From the IMG/VR virus record IMGVR_UViG_3300020036_004254: a stretch of 64,000 nt of DNA. The stretch is one strand, 5' to 3'. The position numbers and the translations under genes are program-made. This document shows, in pieces, positions 9,893 to 20,326 of the stretch. Every line of letters starts with the position of its first letter. Positions within the stretch are counted from its first letter, which is position 1. A model generated the notes under the pieces. The model had not been told where the DNA came from, did no database searches, and saw nothing but the letters and a program-made list of their open reading frames with translations. The DNA comes from a virus (Duplodnaviria; Caudoviricetes).

Positions 9893-10329
9893 TGAAGCTT
9901 ACTGAGCTTGAAGCAATGTGGAAGGAAGATTGTGTCGTGAATGAACTCAATCTTGGTCAGGAGGCGGCGAGGATTCCCCGCCTTCACGCCAAGTATTTGG
10001 GGCATTTGATGCAATACAAACTTCAGCTAAGAAAGGCTGAGTCTGAGCTTTCTCACATGAAGCGAAACAAGCGGGTGTGGTATTCTGGTAAGATGTCACA
10101 AGAAGACTTGGAAAAACTCCAATGGCCCCAATATCTCTTTAGTGCCGTGCTTAAAAGCGATATGGAGCGCGTCATATCCGAGGACGAGCTTGTCATCAAA
10201 CAAATAGATAAGATTGAGTATCTTCGGAACACGGTGTATGCGATTGAGTCGATTATGAAATCGATTTCAAGTCGTGGGTGGGATGTGAAGACCGCGCTCG
10301 AATTTGAAAAGTTCCGGGCGGGACTATGA
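9892..10329 (+). CDS. uvsY: Recombination mediator UvsY
   Basis: IPRLHAKYL, WYSGK, RGWDVKTALEFEKFRAG. Confidence 0.92.
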   Translation: MKLTELEAMWKEDCVVNELNLGQEAARIPRLHAKYLGHLMQYKLQLRKAESELSHMKRNKRVWYSGKMSQEDLEKLQWPQYLFSAVLKSDMERVISEDELVIKQIDKIEYLRNTVYAIESIMKSISSRGWDVKTALEFEKFRAGL

Positions 10330-11822
10330 GGCCCGTAGTACAGGTCATTAAGAAAAATGATGTATACATGAAGGTTCAGGCAGAACCTTATGTGTTGCAA
10401 GAACTGAGCGATGCGTTTTCGTTCTTTGTTCCGGGCTATCAACACATGCCGAAATACAAGTGTGGTATGTGGTCTGGTAAAATTCAACTGCTTAACATGT
10501 GGACGGGTGAACTCTACTTGGGGTTGTTGCCCAAGCTTCATGCCTTGTGTGAACGGAACGAGTACACTCTGGACAATCAAATCCAGATTACCGCAGATGA
10601 ATTGACCTACGATGATTTCTACGCATTTGTTGAGTCGTTGAATCTCACGGCCCGTGGTGAATCGATTGAGGCCCGGGACTATCAGTTGGAGGCCGCACAT
10701 CAGGCAATTGTGCGTGGGCGAACCCTGTTGTTATCACCAACCGCCAGTGGAAAATCGCTCATCATCTACATGATTATGCGTTGGCATTTGGCCAAAGGTA
10801 GAAAGCAGTTGATTGTGGTACCAACCACCTCATTGGTTGAACAGATGACCTCAGATTTTGCTGATTACGGGTTTGATGTGAAGCATATTCACAAAATCTA
10901 CAGTGGTCAGGAAAAAGTCTATGATGCCCCGGTGATTATTAGCACGTGGCAGAGTATCTATGAAATGCCGGATTCGTTCTTTTCAAACTTTGATGTGATG
11001 TTTGGAGACGAGGCCCACCAGTTTAAAGCAAAGTCGTTGGTATCTCTCTTAGAGAAGAGTGTAGACACTCCATATAAAATCGGGACGACTGGAACCTTGG
11101 ACGGAAGCAAAACCAACAAGATGGTTCTTGAGGGGTTGTTTGGGTCGGTGTTAAGTGTTACGACAACGAAAAAACTGATGGATGCCAATCAAATTGCCAA
11201 GCTGAACATCAAGGTCTTGGTCTTGAAGTATCCAGAGGCAGTACGAAAATCCTTCCGCGATGTTGACCCAGATACCAAACGGGTTAGTAAGAAGAAATAT
11301 AAAGATGAAGTTGATTTTTTGATTTCTCACCCCCAACGCAATCGGTTCATCCGTAATCTTGCTCTTGACCAAAGCACTAACACTCTACTACTGTTCACGT
11401 ATGTGGAGAAACACGGGAAGTTGTTGTACGATATGATTCAAGAGAAGGCTGGGTCGCGCAAGGTATTTTTTGTCCACGGAAAGGTAGACACGGAAACCAG
11501 AGAACAGATTCGTGCTATCACAGAAAAAGAGACAGATGCTATTATTGTTGCGAGTTCTGGTGTGTTTTCGACGGGTGTGAATATTCGTAACATCCATAAC
11601 ATCATTGCCGCATCCCCAACAAAATCCCGCATTCGAAATCTTCAATCTATTGGCCGTGGGTTGCGTTTGGGAGACGAAAAAAATTCGTGTACGCTGTATG
11701 ACATTGGCGACGACTTGTCATGGAAGAGCAGACAAAATCACACCTTACTTCACTTAGCAGAAAGGATAACCATATATAATGAAGAGTCATTTTCCTACCG
11801 AGTCATCCCCGTCCCCCTTTAG
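10326..11822 (+). CDS. uvsW: SF2 helicase UvsW
   Basis: SPTASGKS, DEAH, QSIGRGLR. Confidence 0.95.
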   Translation: MRPVVQVIKKNDVYMKVQAEPYVLQELSDAFSFFVPGYQHMPKYKCGMWSGKIQLLNMWTGELYLGLLPKLHALCERNEYTLDNQIQITADELTYDDFYAFVESLNLTARGESIEARDYQLEAAHQAIVRGRTLLLSPTASGKSLIIYMIMRWHLAKGRKQLIVVPTTSLVEQMTSDFADYGFDVKHIHKIYSGQEKVYDAPVIISTWQSIYEMPDSFFSNFDVMFGDEAHQFKAKSLVSLLEKSVDTPYKIGTTGTLDGSKTNKMVLEGLFGSVLSVTTTKKLMDANQIAKLNIKVLVLKYPEAVRKSFRDVDPDTKRVSKKKYKDEVDFLISHPQRNRFIRNLALDQSTNTLLLFTYVEKHGKLLYDMIQEKAGSRKVFFVHGKVDTETREQIRAITEKETDAIIVASSGVFSTGVNIRNIHNIIAASPTKSRIRNLQSIGRGLRLGDEKNSCTLYDIGDDLSWKSRQNHTLLHLAERITIYNEESFSYRVIPVPL

Positions 11823-12249
11823 GGACGATGGAGAGGAGTTTTTTAAGGTCATTCGCTTAAAGACCGGAGAAAACATCCTCTGCACCATGAGCCGAAACGT
11901 TACCTCGGTTGCGTCTGAATCCTACCTTACGTTACACAAGCCTGTGTTGGCGGTGTTGCACAAACAGATGACTAAGGCAGAGAGTGTTGTGGGAGAGCTA
12001 TTCCTTCTGCGTCCGTGGATTGGGTGTAGCAATTCCACCGATTTTGTTATGCCCACAGACATCATTTTGACGATGGGTGACCTTACAAAAACAATGAAGT
12101 TCGAATATCTTAAATATTTGGAAGAGTTGGAGGATGCACAAAAATTCATCGATAGGGAAGAGGATGAACGCGCCATGAACACGGCGATTTACAACCTGTT
12201 GACCGATGTCAACCCGGGTAAGCCGATTCATTTTCTTAATGATAACTAG
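11779..12249 (+). CDS. Conserved T4-like hypothetical (Sm-like fold); start uncertain
   Basis: KVIRLKTGENILC motif, between uvsW and gp55. Confidence 0.6.
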   Translation: MKSHFPTESSPSPFRDDGEEFFKVIRLKTGENILCTMSRNVTSVASESYLTLHKPVLAVLHKQMTKAESVVGELFLLRPWIGCSNSTDFVMPTDIILTMGDLTKTMKFEYLKYLEELEDAQKFIDREEDERAMNTAIYNLLTDVNPGKPIHFLNDN

Positions 12250-12256
12250 GAGATAT

Positions 12257-12805
12257 ATGAAAAAGGAACGGATTCATTATATAGACAATGAACGATTTTT
12301 GCAAGAGTTAAAGAAGCATGGGGTTGCAGTACGACGGGCGAAACGATTGAAACAAGAACTCCCGCTTCTCTCCGAATATATTGGAGAATGTTTTATCAAA
12401 ATCGCCACCAATATGGCACACCGCCCAAACTTCAATAATTACACATTTCTTGATGAAATGATATCAGACGGCATAGAAAACTGTTTGATTTATGTCAACA
12501 ACTTTAGTCCAAAGAAATCTACCAATGCCTTTGCTTATTTTAGCCAGATTGTGTGGTATGCTTTTATTCGGAGAATACAGAAAGAAAAGCGTCAACTCAA
12601 CACCAAGTATCGATACATCGAAACATTGGGCGTCGAAGACATCATTCGGCAAGCCCATGACGAGGGTGAATACGAGACGCCTTACATCGATTATTTGAAG
12701 AATCAAATAACCCAAGCTAGTGTGGAATTGGGTGAACAGCGGGAAAAGGCCCCCGAAATGACAAAGCGGCCTAAATACATGACCAAGGCTAAAAAAACCA
12801 AGTGA
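12257..12805 (+). CDS. gp55: Late sigma factor gp55
   Basis: HYIDNERFL, EMISDGIENC, NAFAYFSQIVWYAFIRRIQKEK; GGAG RBS. Confidence 0.95.
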   Translation: MKKERIHYIDNERFLQELKKHGVAVRRAKRLKQELPLLSEYIGECFIKIATNMAHRPNFNNYTFLDEMISDGIENCLIYVNNFSPKKSTNAFAYFSQIVWYAFIRRIQKEKRQLNTKYRYIETLGVEDIIRQAHDEGEYETPYIDYLKNQITQASVELGEQREKAPEMTKRPKYMTKAKKTK

Positions 12806-12813
12806 GGTAGATT

Positions 12814-13341
12814 ATGAGCAGACTGTTAAATGTTATGATAGACTTAGAGACAATGAGTACGGCACCAAACGCCGCGATTGTTTCTATTGGTGCGGTCAAG
12901 TTCTCGTTGAACGATGATGCCCCAAATCCCATTGTAGACAGCTTCTATTGCACCATCGACGCCAAGAGTTGTACGGCGGTTGGTCTACAGATTAGTAAGG
13001 CAACGGTAGAGTGGTGGTCCAAACAGCCACGGTCGGTAATGGATGCTCTCCGCAAAGACGCCAAGCCATTGAAGGAAGTCCTTGTCGAATTTTCCAAGTG
13101 GTATGGCTCAACCTCTCTCCCAACGTGGGGATGTGGGGCGAGTTTTGATAACGTCATTGTTGCGTCCGCATACGATGCGGTTGGGTTGATTCGCCCATGG
13201 AAGTACTGGCACGACCGTTGTTATCGCACAATGAAGGAAGTGGTCAAGCTTCCAGAGGACGACCGTCAGGGCACTTATCACAATGCGCTGGATGATGCCA
13301 TGCATCAGACCAACCACCTATTGAAAATTCTGAAGAGCTAA
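12814..13341 (+). CDS. DEDDh 3'-5' exonuclease (DexA/RNase AS-like)
   Basis: MIDLET, SFD, HNALDDA. Confidence 0.85.
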   Translation: MSRLLNVMIDLETMSTAPNAAIVSIGAVKFSLNDDAPNPIVDSFYCTIDAKSCTAVGLQISKATVEWWSKQPRSVMDALRKDAKPLKEVLVEFSKWYGSTSLPTWGCGASFDNVIVASAYDAVGLIRPWKYWHDRCYRTMKEVVKLPEDDRQGTYHNALDDAMHQTNHLLKILKS

Positions 13342-13343
13342 CC

Positions 13344-13769
13344 ATGAAACCAGCTTCTTTTTCCAAGACTTGTGGTGCGCCATTTCGGTGCATCTTCAGA
13401 GATTACAAGACAAATGGCCCCCTTTCGGGTCATGCGTTGTATGTAACGTTGAAGTTTGTCTGTGCATATCCGAGTGCGATGTCACACGACGATTTGGAAC
13501 AATTTGTGTTGAACGATACGCAGTGGGCCAATCAATATTTGGAAGAACTGTTGACTGACACCGTTCTGATTTCTCGGTTTGACCCTCTTGGAAACGTCAT
13601 TATCATCATGGAAACGGAGTCATTGATTGACGTTCGGTTGATGGATGACGTATCGCTTGAAGGGTTGTCCAAGATGATTAAGGAGGACTTTTCTCTCATG
13701 CTAAACCAAAAAACAGAGGGTGTTGTGGAACTGGCTGGCGTCGAGGTTCTTGAGGCTACGTTTGCATGA
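13344..13769 (+). CDS. Degenerate QueD/PTPS-like protein
   Basis: Layout like phage PTPS (FRCIFR..GHAL; LLTDTVLISRFDP; GVEVLE) but expected catalytic Cys/His not evident. Confidence 0.45.
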   Translation: MKPASFSKTCGAPFRCIFRDYKTNGPLSGHALYVTLKFVCAYPSAMSHDDLEQFVLNDTQWANQYLEELLTDTVLISRFDPLGNVIIIMETESLIDVRLMDDVSLEGLSKMIKEDFSLMLNQKTEGVVELAGVEVLEATFA

Positions 13770-14821
13770 AGATTGCCATTGTAACCGACACACACTTTGG
13801 GTTGCGCGGGGATTCGGAGGCGTTTGATAACGCCGCCCGTCGATTTTTCACAGACCAATTCTTCCCATACTTAGAAGAACATGACATTCAAGAAGTGTTT
13901 CATTTGGGCGACTTGTTTGATAGGAGAAAGTTTGTAAACTATCAAACGTTGCATAACTGTTTTGAATATTTCAACGGCCCTGTATCAGATTACGGATTAC
14001 GTATCATTCCCGGAAACCACGATGTGTATTACAAAAACACCAATCGGGTCAATGCCATTCATTTGTTGTTGGGGAGTGACTATGACTATGATTCAAAGTA
14101 CGTGATTTTCACACCAAAAGAGCTTGTAATGGGTGGAAGAAAGATTGCGATGATTCCATGGGTCACGGAAGACAATAGGGAAGAAACACTCAAGTTTCTT
14201 GAGAAAACTGACGCAACCGTGTGTATGGGCCATTTTGATATTGTTGGGTTTAAAATGACCAACGGTCAAGTGTGCGAACATGGGTTTGATGCATCGATGT
14301 TCAGTAAGTTTGATTTGGTCTTGAGCGGACACTTTCATCATAAGAGTCACAAGGGAAACATTCATTACTTGGGCTGTCCTTACGAGCAAACGTGGGATGA
14401 TTTTGGGAGTGATAAAGGATTCCACGTTCTGGACACGGATACGTTGGAGTTAGAGTTTATCAAAAATCCCAATGTCATGCACAAGAAAATTCACTATGAT
14501 GACTCTCAAGACCAGAAGATTGACGCAAAACAGTACAAGGGGTGTATGGTCAAGATAGTTGTGGTGAATAAAACGGACTACAAAAAGTTCGATGCATTGG
14601 TTGAAAAGCTGTATGTCGCGGGTGTGCTGGATTTGAAAATCATTGAAGATTTGATTGACCTAGAGGGGTTGACTTCTGATGACACCGAGGTTAACTTGGA
14701 AGATACTGCCAGCATTCTATCCGACTACATTGATGACGCTGATATTTCTTTGGAGAAATCACGACTCAAGGTTTTAATGAGAACGTTATATATTGAAGCA
14801 CAAAATGTGGAGAACATATAA
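13766..14821 (+). CDS. gp47: Mre11/SbcD-like nuclease gp47
   Basis: DTHFG, GDLFDRR, GNHD, SGHFH. Confidence 0.95.
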   Translation: MKIAIVTDTHFGLRGDSEAFDNAARRFFTDQFFPYLEEHDIQEVFHLGDLFDRRKFVNYQTLHNCFEYFNGPVSDYGLRIIPGNHDVYYKNTNRVNAIHLLLGSDYDYDSKYVIFTPKELVMGGRKIAMIPWVTEDNREETLKFLEKTDATVCMGHFDIVGFKMTNGQVCEHGFDASMFSKFDLVLSGHFHHKSHKGNIHYLGCPYEQTWDDFGSDKGFHVLDTDTLELEFIKNPNVMHKKIHYDDSQDQKIDAKQYKGCMVKIVVVNKTDYKKFDALVEKLYVAGVLDLKIIEDLIDLEGLTSDDTEVNLEDTASILSDYIDDADISLEKSRLKVLMRTLYIEAQNVENI

Positions 14822-17176
14822 GTGATTAACTTTACAACCCTACGTTTCAAAAACTTTCTGTCGTCGGGGAATGTATTTACGGAAATCAAGTTCGATGAAC
14901 ACCCCACCAATCTTGTGGTGGGGAAGAACGGCGCAGGAAAATCCACTATGTTGGATGCCTTGTGTTTCGTTCTGTTTGGCAAGCCATTTCGCAACATCAA
15001 TAAGCCACAGTTAGTGAACAGCGTCAACCAAAAGGCGTGTGTGGTTGAAATTGAGTTTGTGGTGGGTAAGCGGCAATACAAGATTGTGCGTGGGATTAAG
15101 CCCAATCTCTTTGAAATCTATCAAGATGGCGTTCTGATTGACCAAGATGCCGCGTCAAAGGATTACCAGAAGCACCTAGAAGAGAACATTCTAAAGTTGA
15201 ATTTCAAGTCCTTTACCCAGATTGTGATTTTGGGTGTGGCTTCGTTTACGCCGTTCATGGAACTTTCGGCGGCTTCCCGCCGAGAAATCATTGAAGATAT
15301 TCTGGATATTAGAATCTTCACGGTGATGAACAATCTCTTGAAAGAGAAGGTGTCGGACCTCAAGGATGCTTTGAATACCCTTGAGGGTGACTTGAACATA
15401 AATATAGCCAAGACGAAGCTTCAAGACAACTACATCAAGTCCCTGCAAGCGGATAGGCAACAGCGCATTGATGAGTTGAATCAGAAGATTGCCGAGGCCG
15501 AACATGACATCAGAGAAAAAGACGTTCATATCAAATCTTTTGCGGAAGATAGAGACAGGTTATTGGATATTCTTGGTGATACTTCTGGTCTGCGATTGGA
15601 AATTCAGGAAATTCATGCGTCGATTCGAGACTTGGAGAAAGAGAAGAAGTCGCTAACATCCTTAGCGGAGCTTTCCAAGAATCATACCCTCTGTCCGGTG
15701 TGTGTAATTCATCCGGACTTGTTAGAAGTCAATGCCAAAATTCGGGATTTGAACAAGGAGTACAATGCAATTCCAACCTTGACAGAGAAGTACATCAACT
15801 GTCCGGTGTGTTCTACTTTGCCAGCGATTTTGGACTTGGATGCAACAATTCGAGATTTGACGAGAAAAGAAACGTCTGCGAATCAGGCAATGGCTCTTCC
15901 AGAGGAATATACTGCTTGTAAAAGCTGTTCGGTTCTCCCTGAAATACTAGAGATTACCGCAACAATTCGGGACTTGGAGAAAGACAAGATAAACATCACG
16001 AAGACCTGTGGGTTTTATACGGACCATACCACGTGCCCGACCTGTCAACAAGACATCAGTGAAGAGTTGCGTCAAGACCATGTTGCGGAGTCAAACAAAA
16101 AGATTGATGATATCACCACCACGATAGTTGAGCTTGTTGCTCGGCGTAAAACGTTGGGGGAAACGGCGCATACCGAACATCAGGCGCGAGTCAAGCGTGA
16201 ATATGATGAAACGGTCTTGGGGCTGACTGAGGCAGTTGTGGAACGAGAAAAGTTGGGTTCGGTATCACACCAACTACATGTCAATTCGGTTGAACAACAT
16301 CGCGCCGATATCACGCAAATAATTCAGGTGTGTAATACGGAGCGTGACAAGATTGGTGAGAATCTCCACCGAATTCATACAGAGGAAGTAACCCTACGTC
16401 ACACCACTATTGATACGTCATTAGAAGACCTGACCACCAAACTTCAAGAGAAGAAAGTGGTGTCGGATAAGGTAGAGAAACAGGAGGGAGAGATTGCACT
16501 CTTGACTAACAAGATTTCCTCGCAGAATAGTGAAAAGCTTGGGCTTCAGCGGTTTATGGAAACTCTCGTCAAAGAGAAGTCTGAGTTGGAGAAAAAGGGA
16601 GGCAACATTGAAGAGGAGAAGGCCAAGCTTCGTACTATGGCATCTGAAGTGTTGACCATGACTTCAAAGAAGGCTGAACTAAAGGAAGAGAAAGATTATC
16701 ATGATGTGGCGGTGACCTTGTTGAAGGATGGTGGTGTTAAGACTCGTATCATCAAGCAATACCTTCCAGCCATCAATCAGATGGTAAACAAGTATCTTCA
16801 CGCTATGGATTTCTTTGTATCCTTTGAGTTGAACGAACAGTTCAGCGAGACTATCAAATCTCGCCACCGGGACGAGTTCAGTTACGAGAGCTTCAGTCAG
16901 GGTGAGAAACAGCGTATTGACTTGGCCTTGGTCTTCACATGGCGCACCATTGCAAAGATGAAGAATAGTACCAGCACCAACCTTTTGATTTTGGACGAGG
17001 TGTTCGACAGCAGTTTGGATGCAGATGGAACGGATTACGTAGTAAATCTTCTGAAGGTCATTGGGGAACAGACCAATGTATGGGTTATCTCACACAAGCC
17101 TGATATCATGGCGGATAAGTTTAGTAACGTACTACACTTCGTGAAAAAGAACAATTTCTCTGTTTTGGAGCGATAA
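14822..17176 (+). CDS. gp46: Rad50/SbcC-like ATPase gp46 with expanded coiled coil
   Basis: GKNGAGKST, FSQGEK signature, LILDE, ISH; 784 aa; four CxxC motifs. Confidence 0.95.
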   Translation: MINFTTLRFKNFLSSGNVFTEIKFDEHPTNLVVGKNGAGKSTMLDALCFVLFGKPFRNINKPQLVNSVNQKACVVEIEFVVGKRQYKIVRGIKPNLFEIYQDGVLIDQDAASKDYQKHLEENILKLNFKSFTQIVILGVASFTPFMELSAASRREIIEDILDIRIFTVMNNLLKEKVSDLKDALNTLEGDLNINIAKTKLQDNYIKSLQADRQQRIDELNQKIAEAEHDIREKDVHIKSFAEDRDRLLDILGDTSGLRLEIQEIHASIRDLEKEKKSLTSLAELSKNHTLCPVCVIHPDLLEVNAKIRDLNKEYNAIPTLTEKYINCPVCSTLPAILDLDATIRDLTRKETSANQAMALPEEYTACKSCSVLPEILEITATIRDLEKDKINITKTCGFYTDHTTCPTCQQDISEELRQDHVAESNKKIDDITTTIVELVARRKTLGETAHTEHQARVKREYDETVLGLTEAVVEREKLGSVSHQLHVNSVEQHRADITQIIQVCNTERDKIGENLHRIHTEEVTLRHTTIDTSLEDLTTKLQEKKVVSDKVEKQEGEIALLTNKISSQNSEKLGLQRFMETLVKEKSELEKKGGNIEEEKAKLRTMASEVLTMTSKKAELKEEKDYHDVAVTLLKDGGVKTRIIKQYLPAINQMVNKYLHAMDFFVSFELNEQFSETIKSRHRDEFSYESFSQGEKQRIDLALVFTWRTIAKMKNSTSTNLLILDEVFDSSLDADGTDYVVNLLKVIGEQTNVWVISHKPDIMADKFSNVLHFVKKNNFSVLER

Positions 17177-17177
17177 T

Positions 17178-17771
17178 ATGTATAATCAACGTGAGGTGGG
17201 TGCTTACATTCCCCCACAGAAGTTCTCTGTAGAGGGGCTTGACTTCGACCGTCTCTCCCTAGTACCTTTCGATGATGAAAGACTGACCACCCCACCACCC
17301 GAGTTCGATTTTGAGCAAGATGGGGTCCACGCCGAAACATTGGCTAATGGGATGTTCAAAACCATGTTGAAGTTTGGTGGGGTGGGACTATCTGCGAACC
17401 AGATAGGTCTGCCGTATCGGGTATTTGTGTTTGGTGGTAAGGATGTCCAACTAAACATCTTTAACCCAAAAATCGTTGGGGTATCCAAGGAAACGGTGGT
17501 TATGGAGGAGGCGTGTTTGTCTCTCCCGGGGTTCTCCTTGAATCTAAAACGCCCAACAGAAGTCACTGCATCCTACCAGAATGTAAGTGGAGAAGTTGTC
17601 GTATCTAAGTTTGTGGGTCTTGGGGCAAGAATATTCCTTCATGAATATGACCATATGGAAGGCGTGTTGTTTACTCAGTGGGCATCATCGTTTAAAATGA
17701 AACGGGCGGTAAATAAGGTCAAAAAACGCATCAAGAAGTTTGAGAGAAACAAACTCAACAATGAGAGGTAA
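17178..17771 (+). CDS. def: Peptide deformylase
   Basis: GVGLSANQ, EACLS, HEYDH. Confidence 0.92.
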   Translation: MYNQREVGAYIPPQKFSVEGLDFDRLSLVPFDDERLTTPPPEFDFEQDGVHAETLANGMFKTMLKFGGVGLSANQIGLPYRVFVFGGKDVQLNIFNPKIVGVSKETVVMEEACLSLPGFSLNLKRPTEVTASYQNVSGEVVVSKFVGLGARIFLHEYDHMEGVLFTQWASSFKMKRAVNKVKKRIKKFERNKLNNER

Positions 17772-17775
17772 CTAC

Positions 17776-18432
17776 ATGGATGAAGAGGAACAGTACATGA
17801 GCGGTTCACGAAATAATATGTTTGTCGGGAAGACGTTAAGCCAAATTCATAAGCTGTACATTTCAGGGTCTATCAAACAACCTGAGGAGTACATTGACAT
17901 GTTTGAAGTCATTCGTAATGCGGGAGAAAACGACATCATTTATCTGCATATCAATTCAGAGGGTGGGAGTTTATTCACCGCGATTCAGTTTCTTCGAGTG
18001 TTGGGTGAAACAAAGGCTATGGTTATCGCCTCTGTGGAAGGAATGTGTATGAGTGCCGCAACCATCCTCTTTATGGCGGCAAAGAACCACGAGATTACCA
18101 ACCACTCTATGTTCATGTTTCATAACTACTCCAACAAGGTTGAGGGTAAGGGTGGAGAGTTACACGACCACATCACCTTTGCGAAAGAATGGGGAGAAAA
18201 GCTCTTGCGTGATGTATATTCCAATTTCCTCACCGAGACAGAAATTGTGAAGATTCTAGACGGTAAAGATTTGTACATGACGAGTGAAGAGGTGGCACAA
18301 CGTCTTGAGAAACGAAATGCAGAAATTCAAAAGCTTGTGGAGTCGAAGAATTTGGTTGTGGCGGAAGAACCGAAAAAGAAGCCTCGGAAGAAGAAAGTTC
18401 TCATTTCACATCGTGACGGAGTGGCCGCATGA
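17776..18432 (+). CDS. ClpP-like protease
   Basis: INSEGGS, CMSAAT, FMFH. Confidence 0.85.
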   Translation: MDEEEQYMSGSRNNMFVGKTLSQIHKLYISGSIKQPEEYIDMFEVIRNAGENDIIYLHINSEGGSLFTAIQFLRVLGETKAMVIASVEGMCMSAATILFMAAKNHEITNHSMFMFHNYSNKVEGKGGELHDHITFAKEWGEKLLRDVYSNFLTETEIVKILDGKDLYMTSEEVAQRLEKRNAEIQKLVESKNLVVAEEPKKKPRKKKVLISHRDGVAA

Positions 18433-18722
18433 CAGAGTCTATTGCATACAAGTACAACGAGGGTGTGGCCTTGGCTGATGTCAAGGCGTACATCGACAAG
18501 ACATACTCGCAACATTATTCCCGGTCCAAGTTCCAAACCACGGAGTTTGTGATTGACCAAGGTCACGGGGATGGGTTTATGGTGGGGAACATCATCAAAT
18601 ATGCACAGCGATATGGAAAAAAGAATGGCTATAACAGAGCCGACATCATGAAGATTATTCACTACGCCATTATCCTGTTGCATGTTCACGACACTCGCCA
18701 TTCAGAGGAGTTACCATTTTAA
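18429..18722 (+). CDS. DUF3310-like conserved phage protein
   Basis: TYSQHY, GNIIKYAQRYGKK, DIMKIIHY. Confidence 0.8.
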   Translation: MTESIAYKYNEGVALADVKAYIDKTYSQHYSRSKFQTTEFVIDQGHGDGFMVGNIIKYAQRYGKKNGYNRADIMKIIHYAIILLHVHDTRHSEELPF

Positions 18723-19390
18723 TGAAAATCTCTGCAAGCACCATATCGTTTTTTAAGAATTTTTCGACTATCAATCAAAGCATTGTTATCAAGCCGGGAA
18801 ATCAGTTGGCCACGATGGACATTGGACCATCAATCCGTGCGATGGTTACGGTTCCAGAAGAGTTTCCGCATCGTGTTGCGATATACGACCTTCAAAAGTT
18901 CCTTGGCATTTTGGCCATGATGGGGGACTGCGAGGTAGAGTTCAAAGAGAACAAAGCGGTCTTAAAGCAGGGGAAACAGAAGGTCAACTTTATGTATTCC
19001 AATGCCAGCCTTATCAAAGAAGCGTCAACCAAACGCCCAAAGAGTAACGAGGTATTTACTGCCACCTTGACTGATAAGGACATTTTGTCTATCATCAAGT
19101 CTTCAGCGGTTCTGGCTTCTGATGTTCTATCGATTGTTGGTGAGAATGGGGTTGCCACATTGTACATTGGTACACCAAAATCTGATAACTACGGAAGTTC
19201 GGCAGATTCGTTTCAGTTAGATTTGGGTCCGTGTGAGAAGGAGTTTGACCTTCGAATCCCTATGGAAATCTTCAAAGTGATTCCGGGTGCGTATAAGCTA
19301 GTTGTTGACAGCAATCTTTTCATTCATCTTGCCTCAGTTGATACTTCCTTGGAGTATTGGATTGCGGCCCAACCAGATTCGAAGGTATAA
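18722..19390 (+). CDS. gp45: Sliding clamp gp45
   Basis: KNFSTINQSI, IYDLQKFL, YWIAAQPDS. Confidence 0.92.
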   Translation: MKISASTISFFKNFSTINQSIVIKPGNQLATMDIGPSIRAMVTVPEEFPHRVAIYDLQKFLGILAMMGDCEVEFKENKAVLKQGKQKVNFMYSNASLIKEASTKRPKSNEVFTATLTDKDILSIIKSSAVLASDVLSIVGENGVATLYIGTPKSDNYGSSADSFQLDLGPCEKEFDLRIPMEIFKVIPGAYKLVVDSNLFIHLASVDTSLEYWIAAQPDSKV

Positions 19391-20325
19391 TGAATACAAA
19401 TGATGAGCAGTTTCCGTGGGTTGAGAAATATCGCCCACGCACCGTGAAAGAGTGTATCCTTCCGAAGCATTTGCTGGACACGTTCACCGAGTTTGTCAAG
19501 AATGGCCAGATTACCAACATGACTTTTGATGGTCCGAAGGGAAGCGGGAAGACCACAGTAGCCAGAGCCTTGTGTGAGGAACTGGGGTGTGATTTCATCT
19601 TCATCAACGGGTCTGAGGAAAACGGCATTGACATGCTTCGCACCAAGCTTCGGAATTTTGCCACGACAGTGTCGTTTAACGGCGGGGTTAAAGTCGCTAT
19701 TATTGACGAGGCCGAGTATCTGAATGCAACCTCAACACAGCCAGCGTTCCGTTCTTTTATGGAGGAGTTTAGCAAGAACTGTCGCTTTATCTTTACGTGC
19801 AACAACAAAAATCGTTTGTTGCCAGCGTTGCTGTCTCGTGCCCCAGTCATCGATTTTAAGATTCCTGAGGACGAGCGGCCCAAGATGGCCAGTAAGTTCC
19901 TTGCTCGTTTGAAGGAGATTTTGGCGGCAGAGGGTGTGGAGTATGACGAGAAGGTGCTGGTTCAGGTTGTCTTGAAGTTTTTCCCGGACTATCGCCGCAT
20001 CCTTGGTGAGCTTCAGATTTACAGCTTGAGTGGAAAGATTGATGTAGGCATCCTCGGGAAGTTGGTAGACACCAACCTCAAGCCATTGATTGACATCTTG
20101 AAGGAGAAGGACTTCAAGAAGATGTGTCAGTGGGTGGTAGACAATGAGGTTGACGATGCCTTCTTCCGTAACCTGTTTGATGCCGTTCACGAACAGGTGG
20201 ACAAGGTTCCCCAATTGGTCTTGTTGGTGAACGACTGTCAGTACAAGTCGGCTTTCGTGGCTGACAAGGAACTGAACACTATTGCTTGTCTCACTGAGTT
20301 GATGGCTACCTGTGATTTCAAATAG
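19390..20325 (+). CDS. gp44: Clamp loader large subunit gp44
   Basis: WVEKYRP, GSGKTT, IIDEAE. Confidence 0.95.
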   Translation: MNTNDEQFPWVEKYRPRTVKECILPKHLLDTFTEFVKNGQITNMTFDGPKGSGKTTVARALCEELGCDFIFINGSEENGIDMLRTKLRNFATTVSFNGGVKVAIIDEAEYLNATSTQPAFRSFMEEFSKNCRFIFTCNNKNRLLPALLSRAPVIDFKIPEDERPKMASKFLARLKEILAAEGVEYDEKVLVQVVLKFFPDYRRILGELQIYSLSGKIDVGILGKLVDTNLKPLIDILKEKDFKKMCQWVVDNEVDDAFFRNLFDAVHEQVDKVPQLVLLVNDCQYKSAFVADKELNTIACLTELMATCDFK

Positions 20326-20326
20326 T

